A DNA stretch of 64,000 nucleotides from Octopus sinensis (lineage: Eukaryota), in the NCBI RefSeq assembly GCF_006345805.1, contig NC_042999.1, positions 159,340,001 through 159,404,000 on the forward strand, given 5' to 3'. Shown here piece by piece: positions 39,206-53,173 of the stretch (its first letter is position 1; every line of letters begins with the position of its first letter). Below the pieces are notes generated by a model, which ran no database searches, was not told the origin of the DNA, and worked only from the letters and a program-made list of their open reading frames with translations. Made by a program: the position numbers and the translations under genes.

Positions 39206-40079
39206 ATATATATGCATGTATGCATTTATGTATCTATGTATGCATGTGTATATATATTTTTATGTGTGTGTGTGGGTCTGTTTAATAAAGTTGAAACATT
39301 GTCTGGTTTTCAACTTTTCTATTATTGTATTTTTTTTTAAATTATAATGTTGAAGTGTGTTAAACATTAAAAAACATATTTAGTAATGTTCATAAAGTTC
39401 AATTAGCGATTTCATGTGTTCGTAGTAATCATCAGATTTCAAAATGTATTTAACTGACAGTTGAGTTCTTGACAACTGTAGTAGAATGACTGACTTCTTC
39501 CTTTTTATACCTCTTAGAATTTTTCGAATAAGATTTTAACCAATCCACATGCCTCAAAAACGTCACGTTTATTTCAATTGGTGGGAGTCTTCTGTAATTT
39601 TCTTATATTCATATGTTAAAGATATTTTTGATCGATATCATTAACTGGTTGTTATATTATCGTTTTTATTTCCATTCAGAACAGGTTTGAACATTTTAAT
39701 AAAACGTTTTTCTTTTATCTTTCTTCCAACCTCACTTGAGTCATGCAGTTTGTGGAAAGGAAAAATTAGGAACATTTTTCTATCCTCATATTTCTATAAG
39801 CCCGCTCAATAGAATTTGGCAAAAATTAGTGTTCCGGATTTGATGTATGTGGGCGTTCCAATAATGCATTCCCTGTCTCGCTAATAATATAGTTCCTCGC
39901 AATTAGGGCATTCAATTCAGTAGATCAAATTTCTGCTTTTGTTGTTCATATCTGCATTTGCAAAAATCTGGCCATTTTTAGTTCTAATGGATCTACCAAT
40001 ATGCATGTATTGACACATTCTAAATCTGTTATCATTACATTTGGATACTGTCAATGTTTTATCTTGTTTGTTCATGTTT

Positions 40080-41091
40080 GTTCAGTACTCCTCCAGTACT
40101 GTTCTGACCTTCTCTGCAGAGTTCATACTTTTTCCATCCAAATGATTTTGAAGACTGTTGAATAAATGATAATCAGATGGGGCAATGTCCGGCATTGTTT
40201 CCCCCTCAAACTGCTCTAGTCTTTGGAATGTCATCCTCGCTGTATGTGACCGAGCATTAACCTGATGAAAGAACACCTTTCGTCTTAAAATCAGGGATGT
40301 TTTTTTTCCCTCTAGCGCTGGCCTAAACCGCTCAAGCTTCTGGCAATAGATCCCCTTTGTTATCGTTTGGTTTGGATTTAAAGGTTCAAAGTGAGCTAAA
40401 CTTTTCATATCCCACCAAACAGACAACAACATCTTACCTGGGTGAAGACCTTCTTTAGCGTGGGGTGTCGGTGTTTCTCCTTTCCTAACCCACTGTTTTC
40501 GGTGCTTAACATTTTTATAGTAAACCCATTTCCCGTTACCAGTCATTATTCGGTCCACAAAAGGTTCCTTCGTGAGATGTAGCAGCAAAGAAAAACACAC
40601 ATCCACTCAATGCGCGCGATTAGACGCGGAGAGTTTGTGAGAAACCCATTGACGCAATTTGCTGACTCTTCCGATGGCACACAGGTGTCGATGAATGGTT
40701 GAATGACCAAATCCAGGCTTCTGAACTAGTTCCTCAACAGTTGCAATGGGATTTTGTTCCATCGGGGTTTGCAGGCTGTTCTTGTCTAGCTCTATAGAGG
40801 CTCGTCTTCTAGGCTGTAGTCTTCTGGAACTACCGTTGTCCCCATATATTGCATTAATATTCTTCGCACTTTCCGTTGCGTTGTTGCTTTTATTGAACTC
40901 ATTATTACAGCCTTGAAAAAATAACTATTAAATTCGAACTGCACTCTTCAAAACTTGCACTAAGAAATATAAACAAAGTAAAATCACTACCTACTTTTAG
41001 AGCAAGTTCATACAAGTAGTTTACCCCGTCTCTCTCTAAATTTTAGTTCAAGCAATTGAAAAAACCGCATCATTTTTGGGATGATCCAATA
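40080..41091 (-). mobile_element. Mariner (D,D34D-type) element, 3'-truncated, disrupted transposase
   Basis: 5' TIR ta|ttggatcatcccaaaaatgatgcggtttttt. ORF motifs EPFVDRIMTG(D/N).KWVYY, LHPGKMLLSVWWD, FFHQ.NARSH, DIAPSDYHLF. Confidence 0.92.
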
Positions 41092-41097
41092 TATCTA

Positions 41098-41139
<42 letters not shown>

Positions 41140-41167
41140 CATAGGTATATTTATATATGTATATATG

Positions 41168-41207
<40 letters not shown>

Positions 41208-41365
41208 TAATTAAATCTCAGAATGAGATTGAAACAGTAATCGCTCGATAATGTAAAGTATAGAAGCCATCTTATCATGGCTAACCACATTGGGGAGGGG
41301 GTGTTACTGCAGCTTTATAGCTACAGTTACCCATGATAAGATGGCTTCTATACTTTACAATATAT

Positions 41366-41397
<32 letters not shown>

Positions 41398-41667
41398 CAT
41401 ATATATATGTATGTATGTATCTGTGTGTGTGTGTTTGTGTGTGTGTATGTGTATGTGTGTGTTTGTGCAAATATACTAGAATACTGTAGGTTTTGAAGTT
41501 CCTTATACTAAAAGTTAGGTATGGTTGCAAGAAATTAATTTATTCTTTAATTATTTACGTTTATAGTTGCTTAAGCTAATAAAATGTTCAGGTATTATGC
41601 TGCGCGAACTGGGATTAATTTTACAATATGTGTAATTTTTCACTTATACGCATATATGCAGCGATAA

Positions 41668-41814
<147 letters not shown>

Positions 41815-42158
41815 TGTCTGAATCTTTAGAAAGATTGCTTTGCGTTCACCAACTCACAAGTTTGCTCCTACTGTATGAGCATGTTGCACATTTTTATAGC
41901 TTCGTGTTGGCCTATACAAAGATTTTCTACACAATCCTGCCGGGTGGATTCTACCTGTAATTCAAAATGTATAACTTTGTCATACACCCCATCACGCCGG
42001 TGCTGCCAGAGAATTACGTAAGATTATGTGTATCTGTGAGAAACCCGGTCACATACACTTTAATACCGCAGCCTGTTTTTAGTTGATCGAATGTCTAAAT
42101 CCTCATCGTCGAACGTAGGAGGTCCGCTTCCACTAGATGTGTGGGTGGTGGTGGGGAG

Positions 42159-42460
42159 GTGAAGGCGCGTGGCTTAGTGCTTAGCGTATTCGGCTCAAGA
42201 CCGTACAGTTGTGGGTTCGATTCCCAGCGGCACGTTTTGTCCTTGAACAAAATAATTTATTTCATATTGCTCCATTCCACTCAACTGGCAAAAATGAATT
42301 GTGCCTGTATTTCAAAGGACCAGCCTTGTCACATTCTATGTGATTGCTGAATTTCTCTGAGAACTAATTTAAGGGACCGCTTGTGTGTGGAATGCTTCGC
42401 CGCTTTCACGTTAATTTTCCGAACAGGCTGTTCCGTTGATTGGATCAACTGGAACACTCA
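42159..42460 (+). mobile_element. SINE, head D + tail X (diverged)
   Basis: Same architecture as 28303-28624. Confidence 0.82.
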
Positions 42461-42959
42461 AGGTCCTAAGTGTGTTTGTGTGTGAGAGTGTGTGTATGCG
42501 TACGTGTGTGTGTGTGTGTGTCTGTCTGTATTTATGTGCCTGTGTACATGTGTGCGTACATACGTGTGTGCGTTGCGTGTGTGAATATGTGTATGTGTGA
42601 ATGTATGTATGTGTAAAAGAGAGTGTTTGTGTATGCGCGCTACGTTTGTGTGTTCGTGTCAGTGTATGTGAGCATGTGTGTGTGTGTGTATGTGTATGTG
42701 TGTGTGTGTGTGTGTGTGCATGTGTGTTAATGCATATGCGCGCATGTGTGAATACCAGGCTTTGTGCATAAAAAATAGTGGATGCTGCATTTAAACGTTC
42801 GAAGAGATGTTTAACATTTGGTGTGTCTCTATCTTTTCCCTCATTTTTTTCTCATTTTTCTCCTATCTAATTAAAAGTTACTCTTTCTTATTAACCTTTC
42901 AGAACTAATGAAGAGAATGTATAGTAACGCCGCAGAAATATTCATTATCAGAGAAAGAA

Positions 42960-43700
42960 TTACGCCAGACCTTTAGGATATGTTTTACGTTCATGATAAT
43001 TACTATCATATTTTTCTCGCTGTTTAGGAAAAACTAATGAAGCCAATTTGGATAGTAATTGTCCATGCTGACAGAATTTACTCACATACCTTTCGCTAAT
43101 ATGGTTTACACTGACCATTATCAGCAAATGATAATCATTCTGCAAATTTGTGGAAGCTGGTTGTGATGTCCTTCTCCTATACATGTATGTATAAGAGCCC
43201 GCCTTCCCAAGTGAGCTCTTATGCAAACATGAATACACATAGGATGCTATGACTTGTATTTTCAAACTATAGCGTAAATCATTTGCTCAGGACTTCTAGT
43301 ATAATCTTTCACGGTTGGAGGTCACAGCAAAACTCATGCCTGGTCAGATAGCCCAGCATAGATTTTAGAGTATTTCGACCAAAATGTTATTTGAGTCATA
43401 GTCTCATCAGGAATGGTGACGCAATGTGAGTTTGAAGATGTTTCATACACTCCATTCAATGGAAAAAGTGTGGACAGCCATACATCTATATTTTCTTCTG
43501 GTTTGCGAGTAACTTCTCCCAGTGAAGATATTTTAAATCCTGACGAGGACAAAATATTGCGCAAATATATGTCAAAAAGCATAATTTTTGGTCCTTTTTT
43601 ATCACCTCAGATCACATTGTCTTCGCATGAAATTGTGAAAATGCACTGAAAGATATCCCAGGTCTCTTCAATAATTTCAGAGAGACAAGTATGGATAATT
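42960..43700 (-). pseudogene. Possible decayed piggyBac-like transposase
   Basis: Ordered minus-strand motifs TIPDETM, YSLKI, PASTN and MDNYY. Spacing is longer than expected and frames are broken. Confidence 0.3.
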
Positions 43701-44108
43701 TTTGAGCAGGAAATGTCCTTAATGAAGGAGATTCACAGCACTACTCTCAGAGTGGAACACTAAGATGTTAACTTTGACGGCATGAGAGTGAGTCCTTAAA
43801 CCCTCTTTTCCTTTACGCATCTTCAAAATGCTCACTAAGTTTGAAGCCTGCTCTTCATTTAAGTTTATCAGTTATATATAAAAGTACACCAACAAAAGTC
43901 GTGATCCAACAGTATTTGGACTTTAGCACAAGAGAACAAGATATGATGACGTATCAACATTTCCTTAAGTCATTTACCATCGGCGATATGTCTTTCACTT
44001 TCATAAGCATAAAGCCTTGTGCATCTGAACATCTGATTGCTTCAGCTAATATTTGTTGTCCATACATACATACACACATGGACACACATATACATTTGTT
44101 GTTTGTTC

Positions 44109-44388
44109 CTTCTCGAACCATGCCTGGCTCATAAGGGCCGGTTTCCCGGTTTCCTTGGCGTATAGGTTCCCCACCTAGACGGGACGCCGGTCCGTCGCAG
44201 GTGAGCTGCAAGATGCAGGAGGAAAGAGTGAGAGAAAGTTGTGGCGAAAAAGTCAGCAGTGGTTCGCCATTACTTTCTGCCGGAGCCACGTTGAGCTTAG
44301 GTGTTTCGCTCATAAACACACACATCGCCTAGTCTGAGATTCGAACCCGCGAGTCCGCTGCTCTAACCAGTAGGCCATGTGCCTCCAC
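44109..44388 (-). mobile_element. SINE, head A + tail Y
   Basis: Head A (gtggaggcacatggcc..tggttagagcagcggactcgcg...caactttctctcactctttcc) joined to gcgacggaccggcgtcccgtctaggtggggaacctatacgcc...gggaaaccggcccttatgagcc. Confidence 0.85.
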
Positions 44389-45574
44389 TCGCATATACAT
44401 TTACACATTTATATATACATATATAGTATATATATAATATATATGTATATATATTATATATATAATATATATGTATATATATATTATATATATAATATAT
44501 ATGTATATATATATTATATATATAATATATATAAAATATATATATTGATAAATACGTATATATATATATATATTTGTGTGTATATATATATATTAAAGGA
44601 TCTTTTAAAATCAGATTAATATTCTGAGCAGTATATGAATTTTTGTCATATCTTCCTCCCTCAAAACTCCTCTTCATAACTTCTATTCCGTCTAACTTTC
44701 ACCATATGGAACTAAAACTTCGCTACTTCTTCGTTAATATTAGTGTGCATTTCAAATGTCTTTTTTTTTATTTACTCTTTTCCTTTTCCAGGATATTTTT
44801 GACGCCAAATAAACTGACTGAAAAAAATCCTTACGTTATTTTTAAGTCATGAATGCCATTATCAACTTTTCACTGATAATCGCTGTTTACAAAATTCCGA
44901 AATGATATGTAGTATGCAAATTCATTGTATATTGGCAATATGCATTGATAACACACAGTTGATAATATCTGCAATATATCACAATAAGATATATATTGCA
45001 GTATGCACCAATATTTCTCGCATTATGCAATATGGCAAAAGTTTTCTATAGTAATTCGTTCTCAATATATACAGATTGCAAATTATGATTCTGTTAACAC
45101 TTCGTAGTATTTAATAACTTACAGTAGAAAACGATGTTAACATTTTACATTATGAAACGTACTGCAGAGTGTATATTACATTACATTCTAGGAAACGGTT
45201 GCAGTTTACATTGTTTCAAAAAAAACTTTATCACGCGATATAGATTTGCATGAATATCTTTGTTTCATGCTATTTTACAGAATAGAATTCACAAAGACAT
45301 TTATATGATTTCGGAATATGCCACAGGTTGTAGTTTTCATCAAATATTTACTACATGATATCACATGATATCGCATGAGCTGGAGATTCCTGCAAATCAA
45401 CCGCATACGAAATTCTGAGACATGTTTAATGTTTATCTGATCTAGACGTTCCCCAGGAACAATATTTGCGCGCGCGTGTGTGTGATGTGCGTGAGCGTGC
45501 GTGTACGTGTGCGTGTGCATGTGTGTGTGCGTGTGTGTGTGCGTGTGTGTGAGGCTATGTATTAACGCACCTTG

Positions 45575-46065
45575 TATTCTTTATACTACATAAGCAAATT
45601 TAATTGTCTAATATTCTTAGTTCTACGTAAACTTACATATAGTTGGCCAAGACTGTATACAGGCTGTGGTAAATATACTTCAACACCCGTTATTCCTGAT
45701 AATGAAACAAACGTAATAAGCGGAGAAATGATGGGAACTTCCTCCTTTTCAAATAAAATGTAGTGTTGGTTCACCTGGGTATAATTTTTCAAGTGGTAAA
45801 GTGGAATGCTAAAGCTCCGACGATAGGTTTAATGCCATTTAGTAGGACTTTACTGGGATCAGGTTTATGTTTGAGCATTGTAACGAAGCCACCATTCATC
45901 TTTAGCTCACAATTATGCAATCTCAAAGGGAAAAAATAGTTTAAAACTTGTGTAGTTCCCAACGTACCACTCATAATGAGCTGAAATGATGTATAATGTT
46001 CTGTAATTTCACCTGACAAGAAATTTTGAACTCTGTTGTATAGTTGCAGCACATCGTTTACGTAT
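45575..46065 (-). pseudogene. Helitron Pif1-like helicase C-terminal relic
   Basis: VEVYLPQPVYSLGQLYVSLRR (cf. VGVYLP.PVFSHGQLYVALSR) and upstream N..VQNFLSGE...LHNCELKMNGGFVTML...LLNG (cf. H.L.LK.G..VMLLRN...CNG). Confidence 0.75.
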
Positions 46066-46619
46066 ATCTGGGAGGAAGAGTATGATAGAGTTGCATTGAA
46101 AGAGCTAAGTAGGAAACACACTGGATATATGGGGAGAGAGAGAGAGAGGTGGGGAGGGCGTGAGAGAGGAAGAAAGAAGAGCGGTGGCCTATGGAGAGTA
46201 ATGCCAGGGGAAACGGATTTGTAAAACTGGGATGAATACAGATGTCAGCATTTTGATACAAATATCTCGCGTATGTGAGTGTGTGTGTGTGTGTGTGTGT
46301 GAGTGTGTACATGAGATTATACAGTTTCACTCAAACATGGAAGATAGAGTGAAAGAAATGGAAAAAATATATATAATGGGAAGAAGTATTAAAATGAGAA
46401 AAATATTACAATCAAAAATTTTAAGAAAATATTTAAATGATTTAAAAAGTTAACGGAGGCGCAAGTGAAAAATATACAACAGATTACAGTTGTAAAGATT
46501 AAAGTAATACTGGATTATATTCATAATTTTATACAAATTTCAGCGGATAATACGAATGTCAATAATTTAAGAAAAAGAACTATAAAAATTGGATGAGTAT
46601 AATATTTCTCTGTGTGTTC

Positions 46620-47392
46620 GTGTTTGTGAGCGCGCGTGTGACTCTAAAAGTTTGAAGGGAAGGATAAACTAGCTACATCAACTTGCTATAAAAGCAGAGT
46701 GTAATTTTACCTTGTACTTATTCATAGTGTAAGCTTTGAAGAGTGCAGTTAGATTTTAAAAGTTATTTTTTCAAAGTTATAACAGAAGTGATAGAGGAGA
46801 ATATACGGCATATTTTGCCTTATGTCTTCAATAAAGGCAACATAGCAACGGAAAGTGCAAGCTAGTCCAGGGCGTCCTGCAAACCTTGATGGAACAAAAT
46901 CTCATCGTAACTGTTGAGGAATTAGCAGGGAAGCTTGAATATGGCCAGTCAACCATTAATCTACACCAGCGCTGGAAGAAAAACAACCATCTTTGGTTTC
47001 AGGATGAATGGTGTTCTTCCATCGGGATAATGCTCGGCCACATACAGTGAGGATGACATTCCAAGTACTGGAGCAGTTTGAATGGGAAACGATGCCCCAC
47101 CCACCATATTCGCTCGACACTGCCCCATCTGTTAATCATTTATTCCGCAGTTTTCAAAATCATTTGAACGGAAAAATATGAATTCTGTAGATGTCAGAAC
47201 AGTACTGGAGGAATATTTGTCACGGGCAAATGAATTTTGGAAGAGGGGCCTAGCAAGTCTACCAGAGAGATGGAAGAGCATTGTAGAAATCGAAGGAGAG
47301 AATATTTCAGATTAAAAAAGAACTTTGTTTATCTTGATTTTGAGAAATAAAAGAACTATAAAACACCCGCATAATTTATGGGATGACCCAAT
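46620..47392 (+). mobile_element. Internally deleted mariner of the same family as 40080-41091
   Basis: FHRDNARPH, HPPYSLDTAPS..HLF, and 3' TIR cgcataatttatgggatgacccaa|ta. A stray 3' TIR fragment also sits at about 47690-47746. Confidence 0.85.
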
Positions 47393-47749
47393 AGAAGCTT
47401 ATGAATATAAACACACATTCAGTCTGTAATACTATAAAGTAAACTTTTCAATTAAACTGGATCTACAAGAGAGTTTTGTAAGAGTACATTTATTGAATTT
47501 TACATAATAAGAAAAGGGAAACGATATCTAAAGAGGAACATGCTGAGGTTTCAAAGTGTAGAATTACAGAATCGTGCGTTTATCATCGGATAACGACTCT
47601 AATTTGTAAAATACGGTCCAGGCATTAAATATAATAGTCTAGAATTTTACACATCAACGGGAAGAAAGTATCTTACAAATAGCAGAATATCTGAATTTTG
47701 AAAAATAAAAGTATAAAAAAACGCATTATTTATGGGATGATCCAATTTA

Positions 47750-47784
<35 letters not shown>

Positions 47785-47809
47785 GTATATGGGGGTGTGA
47801 GTATACAAG

Positions 47810-48007
47810 CTCTTACTCTCTTTTTACTCTTTTAGTTGTTTCAGTCATTTGACTGCGGCCATGCTGGAGCACCGCCTTTAGTCGAGCAAATCGACCCCGG
47901 GACTTATTCTTTGTAAGCCCAGTACTTATTCTATCGGTCTCTTTTGCCGAACCGCTAAGTGACGGGGACGTAAACACACCAGCATCGGTTGTCAAGCAAT
48001 GTTAGGG

Positions 48008-48038
<31 letters not shown>

Positions 48039-48210
48039 CATATATACGACAGGCTTCTTTCAGTTTCCGTCTACCAAATCCACTCACAAGGCATTGGTCG
48101 GCCCGGGACTATAGCAGAAGACACTTGCCCAAGATGCCACGCAGTGGGACTGAACCCGGACCCGTGTGGTTGGTTAGCAAGCTACTTACCACACAGCCAC
48201 TCCTGCGCCT
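47810..48210 (-). mobile_element. Family B SINE
   Basis: Full-length reverse-complement match. Confidence 0.92.
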
Positions 48211-48320
48211 ACTTGTGCTGTTTGAGATCTGAAAAATATTTTGCAAATATATCAAGTATATTTTTTAGAGTAGAGGCCTGAAAAGACTAAACAAACTCAA
48301 GCTTCAGTGCAAAGAATGTA

Positions 48321-48702
48321 CAGTGGTGGTTCAACAGGGGTTCAATATGACCCCGAAGATTTTGAGATACCCGTGCCAGAAAAATAGTAAAAGGGAGTTC
48401 CACAGTATTATTTTAAAGGCCCGTGAAAAGTTTTTGCTTTGGATCTATTTATTGCGAGAAACAGGTTTCTATCTCTTATGTGTTTTAATTAGTTTTACAT
48501 GTTACTGATCCTTGAAACCTGCTCCCTCAGAGAGTTTCATTGCAAACTTACACAGGTGAAAGGGTGAAAAACAAAATAGGGATTTTGCAAGAGGTATCTA
48601 TAAAATCAGCTTTCATACATGGAATGGGTATGGGGATCTATCAGAGTAAAATAGTAATTAGAGGGGTCCATAGGTAAAAAAAATGGTTGAGAACTACTAC
48701 TG
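48321..48702. mobile_element. Degenerate hAT-type MITE
   Basis: Termini cagtggtggttcaac / ggttgagaactactactg resemble cagtggttctcaacc TIRs. No TSD recovered. Confidence 0.5.
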
Positions 48703-49031
48703 ATACTCATAAACGTCTTATACGAAGTGATACTTGGAAGATAGTCGACTTTAAACTATTTGGTTGGAAAGAATGAACACCCATACTCTATCTCTCATTT
48801 TTTAATGAAGGTGAGTTACTGTATTCTCGTAAGAAATTCATAAATAATTAAAGGCAAGAAAATTAATTGGACCCTTCATCAATTTGTGTAACACCTTCTT
48901 TCAGTATAGGAGAACGACGGTAAAAATGTTATCCTTGTTAAATATCTAAAACTAGTCAATACTATCAATGCTATGCAGAAGAATTGATCTTAGAACTCCA
49001 AAATACGCTACAATATTTTATAAAGTTATAA

Positions 49032-49240
49032 AGCGCCGAGCTGGCAGAGTCGTCAAGCATACTGGGCGAAATGCTTAGTGGCATGTCGTCCGTCATTACG
49101 TTCTTAGTCCAAATGCCGTCGAAATCAATTTTGCCCTTCATCCTTTTGGGATCGATAAAATAAGTACCAGTTGAGTACTGAGATCGATGAAATCGAACCA
49201 CCCCATCCGCCGAACTTGCTGGGTTTGTGCTAAATTGTTA
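49032..49240 (+). mobile_element. Family C SINE (diverged)
   Basis: agcgccgagctggcagagtcg...ttttgcccttcatccttttgggatcgataaaataagtaccag. Confidence 0.8.
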
Positions 49241-49251
49241 AGTCAATGTCT

Positions 49252-49674
49252 GGATCTTTTCGGCTTGAACGGCAGTTTTTAACAAAATTTCTAGGTAATT
49301 AAAAAATGTCAAACTTCGTATACTGGTAGAATGTGTTTATAAAACATCTTTTACTCTTGGCTTTATTGAGAAAATTCTATGGTTTGTAAGATATTTGTTG
49401 TTTTTTTTCTTCAATTTCTGCAATTTCAACCAATCAATTACGTCTATTGAGGTAAAAAGCATTCTGTGCCGTATGAATATGTTCCTCGTTTAAGAAACAG
49501 ATTGGGTTTATTTACATTTGTGAAGAAAAAAAAGATACCCTTCCCCCCACCCCCACCCCTGACCCTAACCCTAAAACGATAGAAATGCAATAGAGCGATA
49601 CTAGGGTCATAATTATGGGTGACAATTTCATATGACACCGCTAGAAAAAACTGCCGTTCAAACCGAAAAGATCC
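49252..49674 (+). mobile_element. GG-terminated MITE copy 1 (8-bp TSD; Merlin-like by inference)
   Basis: ~29-bp TIRs ggatc(t)tttcgg(c/t)ttgaacggcagttttt / aaaaactgccgttcaaaccgaaaagatcc. TSD caatgtct on both sides. Confidence 0.92.
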
Positions 49675-52497
49675 CAATGTCTTTTCATGATTCTCTCAAA
49701 CATTATCTGATAAAATTTTACTATCGATAAATTGATGCAAGCTGTTTCAAGGATTAGTAATTGAGACGGAATTGTATACTTCTTTTATTAGTCAGATTTC
49801 CGGAACCAGCGATTATGTAAAGAATATTTAAGATATAATCTATAACCATCAATAATTAATGTTTCAGTATCCTGAAATATGCTAGAAATTCCATAATTGA
49901 CAGTGGTTGCTTTAATAGAAAACATTATATTATAGCAACCATTACCGCCATGCCTCCCATATTGGATAATGGATTACATGAATTATTTTAAACGACAGCG
50001 ACCATAAAATTTAAGTGTGAAATATCTATATAATTAAATTAATCAAATTTATAAATACGTAGCATAGAATTCTTCGTTATAATGTATATTGGATGATGTA
50101 ACTGTGATGACTTAAAGATATAAAGTAGTTGGAAATGATTTGATATTATTGTTTCTGCTTTTACGACAGTCGCTGGCAATCTCAGTTTAAGCATATTGAA
50201 ATATTCAACTAAAATAATATTAGAAATCCCTGCCAGAAAAAGCCGTTCTTATTGGAAATCAGCAGTGTATCAAAGATATAATAGTAAAATGCTCAATCAT
50301 ATATACATTGTCTGGAATATATCCTATGAAGTTTGAATGTTGTGTAACCTAAAGAAAAATCACATTACAGGTGTATTCATTGTATATATTTTTGCTCTTG
50401 TTGTTACTGTTTAGTCCCAGGTAACTTTTGATTGACAACAAATAGGAATTCCAGGCTTTTCATCTGTGATTACCACTTCTTACTTTTCAGATATAGTGCA
50501 TTTAGCATTATACCACTCAACGCTATCCCTATTTTATAAGGCAGCAAGCCCACTTTGATGGATATTTAGTTTCTGTTTCTAGCAAGTCGAGCGACGTCGT
50601 TGAGACTACTTCATTAACTTTACTTAGATTCTAAAAATATGTTGGTGTTATGTCATTATTATCTGATGCTTTCTAAAATCATATTGAATCTGTTAACTAT
50701 TTGGATTGTAACATGAAACTGTCAACTTAAAATCAAACAATGATTGTTGTCCCATTCACACATTTCAATTATATTGTTAATAAGGTTTTAATTTCACTTC
50801 TGATAATTCTAAGCTCTAGTTTTCTTTTTCCTCTGTAGAAAACACTAAATAAAATCGAATCATCTAGGGATCTTTTCGGTTTGAACGGCAGTTTTTAACA
50901 TAATTTCTAGGTAACTAGAAAAATTTAAACTTCGTATACTGGTAGAATGTGTTTATAAAACATCTTTTTCTCTTGGCTTTATTGAGAAAATTTTATAGTT
51001 TGTAAGATATTTGTTGTTTTTTTTTCTTCAATTTCTGCAATTTCAACCAATCAATGACCGTCTATTGGAGGTGAAAACATTCTGTGCCGTATGAATATGT
51101 CCCTCGTTTAAGAAACAGATTGGGTTTACATTTGTAAAGAAAAAAAAGATACCCTTCCCTAACCCTAACCCTAGCTCTAACTAACCCTAACTAACCCTAA
51201 CCCAAAAACAGATTGAAATACAATAGATCGATACTAGGGTCATAATTATGAGTGACAATTTCATATGACACCGCTAGAAAAAACTGCCGTTCAAACCGAA
51301 AAGATCCCAATGTCTTTTCATGATTCTCTCAAACATTATCTGATAAAATTTTACTATCGATAAATTGATGCAAGCTGTTTCAAGGATTAGTATTGAGACG
51401 GAATTGTATACTTCTTTTATTAGTCAGATTTCCGGAACCAGCGATTATGTAAAGAATATTTAAGATATAATCTATAACCATCAATAATTAATGTTTCAGT
51501 ATCCTGAAATATGCTAGAAATTCCATAATTGACAGTGGTTGCTTTAATAGAAAACATTATATTATAGCAACCATTACCGCCATGCCTCCCATATTGGATA
51601 ATGGATTACATGAATTATTTTAAACGACAGCGACCATAAAATTTAAGTGTGAAATATCTATATAATTAAATTAATCAAATTTATAAATACGTAGCATAGA
51701 ATTCTTCGTTATAATGTATATTGGATGATGTAACTGTGATGACTTAAGATATAAAGTAGTTGGAAATGATTTGATATTATTGTTTCTGCTTTTACGACAG
51801 TCGCTGGCAATCTCAGTTTAAGCATATTGAAATATTCACTAAAATAATATTAGAAATCCCTGCCAGAAAAAGCCGTTCTTATTGGAAATCAGCAGTGTAT
51901 CAAAGATATAATAGTAAAATGCTCAATCATATATACATTGTCTGGAATATATCCTATGAAGTTTGAATGTTGTGTAACCTAAAGAAAAATCACATTACAG
52001 GTGTATTCATTGTATATATTTTTGCTCTTGTTGTTACTGTTTAGTCCCAGGTAACTTTTGATTGACAACAAATAGGAATTCCAGGCTTTTCATCTGTGAT
52101 TACCACTTCTTACTTTTCAGATATAGTGCATTTAGCATTATACCACTCAACGCTATCCCTATTTTATAAGGCAGCAAGCCCACTTTGATGGATATTTAGT
52201 TTCTGTTTCTAGCAAGTCGAGCGACGTCGTTGAGACTACTTCATTAACTTTACTTAGATTCTAAAAATATGTTGGTGTTATGTCATTATTATCTGATGCT
52301 TTCTAAAATCATATTGAATCTGTTAACTATTTGGATTGTAACATGAAACTGTCAACTTAAAATCAAACAATGATTGTTGTCCCATTCACACATTTCAATT
52401 ATATTGTTAATAAGGTTTTAATTTCACTTCTGATAATTCTAAGCTCTAGTTTTCTTTTTCCTCTGTAGAAAACACTAAATAAAATCGAATCATCTAG
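49675..52497. repeat. 1.63-kb-period tandem duplication (spacer 49675-50867 repeated at 51308-52497)
   Basis: The two ~1.19-kb spacers match apart from a few 1-bp indels (gattagtaattg/gattagtattg; attcaactaaa/attcactaaa). Confidence 0.97.
50868..51307 (+). mobile_element. MITE copy 2 (hybrid junction copy, non-matching flanks)
   Basis: Left flank tcatctag (TSD of copy 3), right flank caatgtct (TSD of copy 1). Confidence 0.92.
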
Positions 52498-52938
52498 GGA
52501 TCTTTTCGGTTTGAACGGCAGTTTTTAACATAATTTCTAGGTAACTAGAAAAATTTAAACTTCGTATACTGGTAGAATGTGTTTATAAAACATCTTTTTC
52601 TCTTGGCTTTATTGAGAAAATTTTATAGTTTGTAAGATATTTGTTGTTTTTTTTTCTTCAATTTCTGCAATTTCAACCAATCAATGACCGTCTATTGGAG
52701 GTGAAAACATTCTGTGCCGTATGAATATGTCCCTCGTTTAAGAAACAGATTGGGTTTATTTACATTTGTGAAGAAATAAAGATACCCTTCCCCCACCCCT
52801 AAACCTAACCCTAACTAGCCCTAACTAACCCTAACCCTAAAACAGATTGAAATACAATAGATCGATACTAGGGTCATAATTATGAGTGACAATTTCATAT
52901 GACACCGCTAGAAAAAACTGCCATTCAAACCGAAAAGT
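52498..52938 (+). mobile_element. MITE copy 3
   Basis: TSD tcatctag at 52490-52497 and 52939-52946. Right TIR slightly eroded. Confidence 0.9.
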
Positions 52939-53173
52939 TCATCTAGAAATTGATTTTATGACTAACGTTACACGGGTAGATGTTCGCCATTTCAAATATA
53001 GTAATATTTAGTTATATTTCATAATGACAGCTCATCTTGAAATATTTTATGGATGAACATAAATCTGAACGACGATGTCAGTGTTGAAATATTTAATGGA
53101 GGAAACTCTAAAAAGCGAACCAGAAAAATTATGCTGCGAAAAAAACCAATATTAGTTAATAAAAAGCATTTTG

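Noticed and set aside
49850-50380. Hints of LRR-like or exon-like sequence in the duplicated spacer (acceptor-like ttttctttag on the minus strand)
   Set aside because: All frames hit stops quickly and the motifs are too weak to distinguish from chance.
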